NCBI GenBank assembly: GCA_934101175.1 | Contig: CAKOQC010000002.1 | Coordinates: forward strand, 220,424-284,423 | From: an uncultured Bacilli bacterium | Lineage (GTDB): Bacteria; Bacillota_I; Bacilli_A; RF39; UBA660 | Length of the DNA stretch: 64,000 nucleotides | Reading direction: 5' to 3' | In this document: positions 57,362 to 64,000 of the stretch, piece after piece | How the letters are laid out: each line of letters begins with the position of its first letter | Position numbering within the stretch: position 1 is the first letter of the stretch | Made by a program: the position numbers and the translations under genes | Notes under the pieces: generated by a model | The model's database searches: none | Told to the model about the DNA's origin: nothing | What the model saw: only the letters and a program-made list of their open reading frames with translations

Positions 57362-59215
57362 ATGTATAATGATATAGCTGTACAACTTATTAGTTTCATA
57401 TATATATTAGTATTATCATTAGTATATTTTTTAAAAAGAAAATATAACTTTTTAGAGAGTAGAATATATAAATCATTATTAATAATGGCAGGTATTACTC
57501 TTTTACTTGATATAGGAAGTATATGGTTAATAGATGATGGTAATATGTCTAAAATAGGATGTATGATAATTACTAAGACATATTTTATTAGTTTATTAGG
57601 ATGGATAATATTATTTATATCATATGTACTTTTAAATAAATCTACTATTAAATATAAAAATATGAATGAACTTTTAAAACAAAGTTTAGGAGCAAGATTC
57701 TTTTTAGTATTAATAATAGTATTATTAGCTTTAATGATAATACTACCAGTTAATTATCAAATAAATCCATTTAGTTATTATGGAATGGGAGTAAACTTAT
57801 TATATATAATAGCTACAATAGGGACATTATCTATGATGTTAGTACTTATATTTAGTAGTAAGAAGTTATCTAATGATAAGAGTTGGTCTACCTTTATAGC
57901 AGTAGTTATGTTTGCAATTACATTCTTATTACAATGGAAATTCTTAGATATAAAAGTATTAGGAAGTGGAATAGCTTTAGTAACATTATTTATATATTTT
58001 ACCTTGGAAAATCCTGATTTAAAATATATAGATGAACTTAATGCTCTTAAAATAAGAGCAGAAGAAGCTAATCAAGCGAAGACATATTTCTTAGCTAGTA
58101 TGAGTCATGAAATTAGAACCCCAATGAATGCTATTATTGGACTTTCAGAATCAATACTGCAAAGTGGAAATGTTCCATCAGAAATATATGAAGATGTTAA
58201 AAATATTAGTAGAGCAGGAGATACTTTATTAGAAATAGTAAATAATATATTAGATATAACTAAGATAGAAGAAGGTAAGACTGAAGTTAAGAATGAACCT
58301 TATAATTTAGCAGATACAATAGCAGAACTTAAAAATATTACTGAAATATCTCTAGCAGAGAAACCGATAAAATTTAATGTAGAAATAATAGGGAATGTTC
58401 CTAATAGATTAAGAGGAGATCAAGTAAAAGTATATCAAGTACTTATGAATCTTTTATCTAATGCAGTAAAATATACTCAAAAAGGAAATATTACCTTTAG
58501 TATAGAATCAATTAATTTTGGTAGTAAAGCAACACTTACATTTAAAGTTAAAGATACCGGAATAGGAATAAAGAAGACAGATTATGATAAGATTTTTCAG
58601 AAGTTTGAAAGATTAGATCAAGAACAGAAGAATATTCAAGGAAGTGGACTTGGATTATCTATTACTAAAAGATTAGTAGATATGATGAGAGGAAAAATTA
58701 GCTTTGAGAGTGAATATCAAAGAGGAACAACATTTACAGTAGTATTAGAACAAGAAATAATAAGTAAAGATAAAATAAGTGAAGAAGATACTAATAAAAT
58801 TATTAAAAAGACAGTTTCAGAATACTTTGATGGAAGTAAATATAATATCCTATTAGTAGATGATAACTTATTAAATTTAAAAGTAGCAGAAAAATTATTA
58901 CAAAAATATAAATTTAATATTACTAGTGTTACTAGTGGACTTGATTGTATTAATTATACAAAAAAGAAGAAATATGATTTAATATTTCTTGATCATATGA
59001 TGCCAGAAATGGATGGAATACATACATTATATAATCTTAAGAAAAGAGCAGAAGGATTTAATACACCAGTAGTAGTACTTACAGCTAATGCCATAGAAGG
59101 ATCTAAAGAAATGTATCTAAAAGAAGGATTTTGTGATTACTTATCAAAACCTATTAGTCAAGTAGAATTAGATAGAATATTAAGAGAACAATTACATATA
59201 GAAGATGAAAGTTAG
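57362..59215 (+). CDS. Hybrid sensor histidine kinase (polytopic sensor + HisKA + HATPase + REC)
   Basis: About 6-7 TM helices. H-box 'SHEIRTPMNAI', N-box 'LMNLLSNAVKYT', 'VKDTGIGI', 'GSGLGLSITKRLV'. C-terminal REC with 'ILLVDDN', 'IFLDHMMPEMDG' and 'YLSKPI'. Confidence 0.9.
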   Translation: MYNDIAVQLISFIYILVLSLVYFLKRKYNFLESRIYKSLLIMAGITLLLDIGSIWLIDDGNMSKIGCMIITKTYFISLLGWIILFISYVLLNKSTIKYKNMNELLKQSLGARFFLVLIIVLLALMIILPVNYQINPFSYYGMGVNLLYIIATIGTLSMMLVLIFSSKKLSNDKSWSTFIAVVMFAITFLLQWKFLDIKVLGSGIALVTLFIYFTLENPDLKYIDELNALKIRAEEANQAKTYFLASMSHEIRTPMNAIIGLSESILQSGNVPSEIYEDVKNISRAGDTLLEIVNNILDITKIEEGKTEVKNEPYNLADTIAELKNITEISLAEKPIKFNVEIIGNVPNRLRGDQVKVYQVLMNLLSNAVKYTQKGNITFSIESINFGSKATLTFKVKDTGIGIKKTDYDKIFQKFERLDQEQKNIQGSGLGLSITKRLVDMMRGKISFESEYQRGTTFTVVLEQEIISKDKISEEDTNKIIKKTVSEYFDGSKYNILLVDDNLLNLKVAEKLLQKYKFNITSVTSGLDCINYTKKKKYDLIFLDHMMPEMDGIHTLYNLKKRAEGFNTPVVVLTANAIEGSKEMYLKEGFCDYLSKPISQVELDRILREQLHIEDES

Positions 59216-59226
59216 GAAGTGTGCAT

Positions 59227-60132
59227 ATGAATATAGATGTAAATATACAATATATAAAAAAACTAGTTAAAAATACTTTACATTTTGAAATAACAGAAGA
59301 TGAAGCAAAATATATTTTAGGAAATATTAAATATGCATGGGATAAAGAAATAGCTATGGGTAAATTTGATAAAGAAATTATTAAATATGCTAATCAAGTA
59401 AAAAATAGAGAATATATAGAATCTTATGATGAATTTGATAGTCTTATAGATATGTTTAAAACAGAGAATGAAAAATTTAAACAGAAAGATGAGAAGAAGA
59501 ATAGTTCTTCAGTATACTATGATAAGGTATATAATTATATAATTAACTTGTTAGATAGAGTATCTAATATATTTGATTATAAAGGAAGGAAAGAGAAAAT
59601 TGCTGAAGAGATATCTAGAGTATATATAGGAGATGAAGAATTATTTAAAGGAACTTATGATAATAAGATTATTGAAAATTTAGTTACAGGTATATATGGG
59701 AAAGAAGGATTTAGAGGAGTAGGATATCAAGATAGTTATAAAAAAACACAAGAAATAGTTAATGAATATGTAAGAGATTCAATGTACTATGATGATCTTA
59801 TGAAGGCACATGGAAATATATATAATATAGTTTCTGGTATAACTTTAAATGTAGTTCTTAATAATATACCTAAAGATAAAATTGGAGAATATGTTAATGC
59901 TAGTTTATCAGTATATAATATGAAAAATAATTCATGCTATTCAGGATATGAAATTAAAGATATTTATGGAAGAATAAAAAGTATTACTAAAAAAGAAATG
60001 GTAGATGATCTTAAATTAGGAGCTTTATGTGCAGCGGCACTTAGTGGTAGTATTGTAGCACAACTTGGATTATTTTATGTAATAAGTAATCAATTTACTC
60101 AAGAAGGAGAAGGCCGTAATGGAAGAAGTTAG
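59227..60132 (+). CDS. Hypothetical protein with a C-terminal hydrophobic helix
   Basis: Starts 9 nt after the kinase stop. C-terminal 'LKLGALCAAALSGSIVAQLGLFYVI'. No known motif. Confidence 0.45.
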   Translation: MNIDVNIQYIKKLVKNTLHFEITEDEAKYILGNIKYAWDKEIAMGKFDKEIIKYANQVKNREYIESYDEFDSLIDMFKTENEKFKQKDEKKNSSSVYYDKVYNYIINLLDRVSNIFDYKGRKEKIAEEISRVYIGDEELFKGTYDNKIIENLVTGIYGKEGFRGVGYQDSYKKTQEIVNEYVRDSMYYDDLMKAHGNIYNIVSGITLNVVLNNIPKDKIGEYVNASLSVYNMKNNSCYSGYEIKDIYGRIKSITKKEMVDDLKLGALCAAALSGSIVAQLGLFYVISNQFTQEGEGRNGRS

Positions 60133-60370
60133 AGTATATACTTTTCCTATGGGTGAAGAATACTATGAAGTAGATAGATTATCTTATAAGAATAAAGAAT
60201 ATCTTTTATTAGTAAATAAAAATAAAGAATATATAGCTTGTATTAGAAAAATAGTTATGATAGATAATGAAGAGTATCTAGATAAACTTAGTGTTAATGA
60301 ATATGAATTGGTTAAATTAAAATTTATTGATAAGAATAAAGATAAATTATTAATGTATGGATATATTTAA
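60119..60370 (+). CDS. Hypothetical 83-aa protein
   Basis: GAAGGAGAAGG SD. Overlaps the end of the previous ORF by 14 nt. Confidence 0.45.
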   Translation: MEEVRVYTFPMGEEYYEVDRLSYKNKEYLLLVNKNKEYIACIRKIVMIDNEEYLDKLSVNEYELVKLKFIDKNKDKLLMYGYI

Positions 60371-60409
60371 AAATAATAACATTGTATGATACAGTGTTAT
60401 TATTTTTTT
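60371..60409 (+). terminator. Terminator ending the phosphorelay operon
   Basis: 15-bp stem AAATAATAACATTGT / ACAGTGTTATTATTT (one G-U pair), loop ATGAT, then a T-run. Confidence 0.75.
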
Positions 60410-60449
60410 GATGGATTATTAAAAAACTTCATTCTTTTATGAGTGAAGT

Positions 60450-62981
60450 TTATTTTAGTTTGTTTTTAAGTTCATATAAGATATTGATAGCTTCGATTGG
60501 AGTTAATTCTAGAACATTTAATTCTTTTAACTGCTTTTCTATCTCACTTTCTTGTTTATCAAAATCTAGAGGTAGAGTTGTTTGAATAACAATATCACGT
60601 TTTTTCTCTTTATTTTCATAAACTTTTAATATTTCAGTAGCTCTATCAGTTACTTCTTTAGGAAGATTAGCTAATTTGGCTACATTAATACCATAACTTT
60701 TATCAATAGAACCATTTTTAACTTTATGTAAGAAAGTTATTTTTCCATCTTTTTCTTCAGCACTAACATGCTTATTCTTAAGCTTATCTAGAGTATTTTC
60801 TAGATCAGTAAGTTCATGATAGTGAGTAGAAAATAGAGTTTTACATGCTATTTTATTATTAATATATTCAAGGATTGCTTGAGCAAGACTCATACCATCA
60901 AAAGTAGCAGTACCACGACCTAGTTCATCAAAAAGAATTAGACTATTAGGAGTAGCATTCTTAATAGCATTAGCAGCCTCAGTCATTTCTACCATGAAGG
61001 TAGATTCTCCACTAACAAGATCATCACTAGCACCAATACGAGTAAATATTTTATCAAAGATAGGCATAGTAGCTTTCTTAGCAGGAACATAACAACCTAT
61101 TTGAGCCATAATAGTAATAATACCTAGTTGTCTCATATAAGTAGACTTACCAGCCATATTAGGACCAGTTATTAGAAGAATAGAAGTATTATTATCCATA
61201 ATAATATCATTAGGGATATATTCTTCTTTAATAACTTTTTCTACTACAGGATGACGACCTTCTAAGATTTCTAGATTATGATCTTTAGTTAGAGTAGGAC
61301 GAATATAATTATATTTTTCACTAATAATAGCGAATGATGATAAGACATCTATTTCACTAATAATAGTAGCTATTTGTTGAAGTGTTCTTGTATATTCTTT
61401 AGTAATATCACGTATTTTAATAAACAAATCATATTCAAGATTAATTATTTTTTCTTCAGCAGATAGGACAAGATCTTCTTTTTCTTTTAGAATAGGGTTT
61501 ATAAATCTTTCACAGTTAGTAAGAGTTTGTTTACGAATATAACCATATTCTTCTTTTACTAGAGGAAGATTTCCTTTAGATATTTCGATGTAATAGCCGA
61601 ATACTTTATTAAAACCTACTTTTAAGTTTTTGATACCAGTTCTTTCTCTTTCTTCTAATTCATAACTACTGATAAAGTCTTTTCCTCCACTACGAAGGTC
61701 TTTTAGAGTATCTAATTCTTGATTGTAACCTTCTTTAATAAGATAACCTTCTTTTAGTGTTTGAGGGGGATTTTCATATAGAGATGATTGAAGAAGGTTA
61801 TATAGATCTGTTACATTTGGTAATTCTTTATAGTTAATAGATTTTAGAGTGGTATTTATTTCAGGTAATTCTTTTAGGGAATCTCTTAGTTGAATTAGAT
61901 CTTTAGCATTAGCAGTACCTAGAGAGATTCTTCCACATAGCCTTTCTAAGTCATAAACGTTATATAGATGTTTTCTTAATTCTTCATTTTGAATAAATTC
62001 TTCAAGAAGAGTAGATACGATTTCATAACGTTTATTTATTTCATCAATATCTATTAAAGGATTTTCAATCCATGTTCTTAGTTTACGTGAACCCATGGCG
62101 GTTTTTGTTTCATCAAGAAGCCATAATAAAGAGTACATTCTTTCTTTATTACGCATACTTTCAGTTAATTCTAGATTTCTTTTAGTATGAATATCCATAG
62201 ATAGATATTCATTGTTTTTTCTTATGATGATAGGTTCTAAATGAGATACATTACGTTTAAGATTTATAATTAGGTAATTAATTAGATGCTTAATACCAGT
62301 AATATATCTTTTATCAGTTATATCTTTATAGATATAGTTATATGTTTCATCAGGATATAAATTATCAGTAATTGTTATAGGTAGTTTATAAACGTTCTTA
62401 AGAGAATTAATTATTTCTAGGGGAACACTACTATTGGCAATTATTTCTTTGATATTTAGATAAATTACTTTATTAATTAATAGTTCATTATTTTTTTCAA
62501 TTATTTCTCCATAGCAAGAACCAGTAGTTATATCAGTATAAGTTAAAATATAGCAATAATCTAAGTGATAAATACTGGCAAGATAATTGTTTTCTTTTTC
62601 ATTTAGAGAGTTACTTGAGATGACAGAACCAGAAGATATTACTTCTGTGATATCTCTTTTAACAATACCTTTGGCATTTTTAGGATCTTCTAACTGTTCA
62701 CAAATGGCTACTTTGTATCCTTTTTTGATTAGTTTATCAATATAAATATCTACTGCATGATGGGGAACACCACACATAGGAACTCTTTCTTCTAAACCAG
62801 CATTTCGACCAGTTAGAGTTAATTCTAATTCATGGCTTACTAATTCAGCATCTTCAAAGAACATTTCATAAAAGTCTCCAAGACGATAGAGAATAATAGT
62901 ATCCATGTTTTTCTCCTTTAATTCAACATAGTGTTGCATCATTGGAGCTAATTTTGTTTTATCTACTTCACATAACTTCAT
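60450..62981 (-). CDS. mutS: DNA mismatch repair protein MutS
   Basis: 'LAPMMQHYVELK', 'RLGDFYEMFFEDA', Walker A 'TGPNMAGKST', 'STFMVEM', 'DELGRGT'. Start is 62981 or 62999. Confidence 0.95.
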   Translation of the reverse strand: MKLCEVDKTKLAPMMQHYVELKEKNMDTIILYRLGDFYEMFFEDAELVSHELELTLTGRNAGLEERVPMCGVPHHAVDIYIDKLIKKGYKVAICEQLEDPKNAKGIVKRDITEVISSGSVISSNSLNEKENNYLASIYHLDYCYILTYTDITTGSCYGEIIEKNNELLINKVIYLNIKEIIANSSVPLEIINSLKNVYKLPITITDNLYPDETYNYIYKDITDKRYITGIKHLINYLIINLKRNVSHLEPIIIRKNNEYLSMDIHTKRNLELTESMRNKERMYSLLWLLDETKTAMGSRKLRTWIENPLIDIDEINKRYEIVSTLLEEFIQNEELRKHLYNVYDLERLCGRISLGTANAKDLIQLRDSLKELPEINTTLKSINYKELPNVTDLYNLLQSSLYENPPQTLKEGYLIKEGYNQELDTLKDLRSGGKDFISSYELEERERTGIKNLKVGFNKVFGYYIEISKGNLPLVKEEYGYIRKQTLTNCERFINPILKEKEDLVLSAEEKIINLEYDLFIKIRDITKEYTRTLQQIATIISEIDVLSSFAIISEKYNYIRPTLTKDHNLEILEGRHPVVEKVIKEEYIPNDIIMDNNTSILLITGPNMAGKSTYMRQLGIITIMAQIGCYVPAKKATMPIFDKIFTRIGASDDLVSGESTFMVEMTEAANAIKNATPNSLILFDELGRGTATFDGMSLAQAILEYINNKIACKTLFSTHYHELTDLENTLDKLKNKHVSAEEKDGKITFLHKVKNGSIDKSYGINVAKLANLPKEVTDRATEILKVYENKEKKRDIVIQTTLPLDFDKQESEIEKQLKELNVLELTPIEAINILYELKNKLK

Positions 62982-63172
62982 ATATATCACAACTTTCATC
63001 TGTTATTATAACAAAAAATAACTATCATTATCAAGAAAATTGTTAATTTATAGTAAAAATATGGTAATAAAAGTATACAAATAGAATACATATATGATAT
63101 AATTAAAAAAAGAATATTTATGATTATAAAGATACTACTACTTCATTTATAATATTATAAATATTCTTTTTT

Positions 63173-63997
63173 CTATGAATAGATATTTTCTTTAATAAGA
63201 TTGGATAGAGGGATTATTTTATATCCTTTACTAAGAATATATTCAATAATAGTAGGAAGTTCTTTAGTATTATTTATTATGAAGATATTACCATTTTTAA
63301 GAGATGTTTTTATTTGTTGATAAGAACCTTTAGTAGGAATAAGAGATAACATTTTATTATTAGCACAAGTATCTAGAGAAGTAGAGTCTTTTTCTAAGAA
63401 TAGACAGAAGTTAGAATTATTATTAGATTTATTATTAATAATATTATTTGTTATGATTAGATTATCTTTAGTATATTTGCCGGATAAGCCATAATTATAT
63501 ATTTCATTAGGAAGAAGTTTATTTATTATATTAATGTTATTAGATAGATAAGTGCTATCTATAAAGAAATTAATAGAAATATTATATTTATTTATAGTAG
63601 TTAGAATATTATCAAGAGTTTTATCATTATTTAGAATATATATTAAAGAGATAGATTTATTAGAAGAGTTACCATTAATAATATATTTATTATAATTATT
63701 ATAGATAGATATTTCAGGATATACTTCTTTATATATAATATTTGATTCACTAAAATAACCATATTTTTTCATAAGTTTATAACTACTATTTATATCTACA
63801 TGTTTACCAGTATTACCTGGGATGATGGTATCATTGTTAATAGTAGCATTAGTAGGATTTATATGATGACTTTCAGCATATTCTTTAATTTTAATCATTA
63901 TTTCATCTTGTTCTATAGTTACATTAATTATCTTATCAGTATAAATAAAAGTAAAACAGAATAAACAGAATAGACCAATTATTTTTAAATATTTCAT
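63173..63997 (-). CDS. Secreted/membrane-anchored hypothetical protein (possibly a divergent NodB-like fold)
   Basis: N-terminal signal/anchor 'MKYLKIIGLFCLFCFTFIY'. 'ISLIYILNNDKTLDNILTTINKYNISINFFID' loosely resembles the polysaccharide-deacetylase layout but lacks the catalytic TFDD. Confidence 0.35.
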   Translation of the reverse strand: MKYLKIIGLFCLFCFTFIYTDKIINVTIEQDEIMIKIKEYAESHHINPTNATINNDTIIPGNTGKHVDINSSYKLMKKYGYFSESNIIYKEVYPEISIYNNYNKYIINGNSSNKSISLIYILNNDKTLDNILTTINKYNISINFFIDSTYLSNNINIINKLLPNEIYNYGLSGKYTKDNLIITNNIINNKSNNNSNFCLFLEKDSTSLDTCANNKMLSLIPTKGSYQQIKTSLKNGNIFIINNTKELPTIIEYILSKGYKIIPLSNLIKENIYS

Positions 63998-64000
63998 AGT

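Overview
Very AT-rich chromosomal segment from a low-GC Bacillota (Firmicutes) organism. It uses the standard genetic code: TGA is a stop codon, and the RF2 gene carries the classic TGA frameshift site. All calls come from reading the sequence and the ORF track and recognising motifs from memory; no searches were run. Most of the window is housekeeping. Cell division and translation: ftsK, prfB, ftsEX, pyrH, tRNA-Asn, rny, mutS. Fe-S assembly: sufCDSU. Cell envelope and c-di-AMP: ddl, cdaA-cdaR, pgsA, alr, murJ. Also spoVS, mscL, a P-type Ca2+-ATPase, a CaCA antiporter and two ABC transporters. Accessory content sits between these genes. (1) An agrB-agrD quorum-sensing pair lies convergent with an AgrC-type kinase; the 40-aa agrD is missing from the ORF track. 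(2) Two paralogous proteins without signal peptides combine an N-terminal alpha/beta-hydrolase with a downstream LXG-like helical domain and have divergent C-termini. This is a 'reverse LXG' polymorphic-effector layout. No type VII secretion genes are in the window, and one copy is followed by a 2-TM protein and an ABC-2 transporter. I rate this the most interesting candidate system. (3) A solitary HerA-type ATPase with two small unknown genes lies next to tRNA-Asn. (4) An alr / ATP-grasp (D-Asp-ligase-like) / asnB / murJ cluster may tailor peptidoglycan. (5) A Hpt / REC-HD-GYP / hybrid-kinase phosphorelay has an HD-GYP domain that has lost its metal ligands. (6) Surface proteins include a thioester-domain adhesin candidate, a 21-aa-period LRR protein and a membrane-anchored HExxH protein; the first two share an N-x-Q-T sorting-like signal. 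No CRISPR array, rRNA, transposase or integrase was seen.
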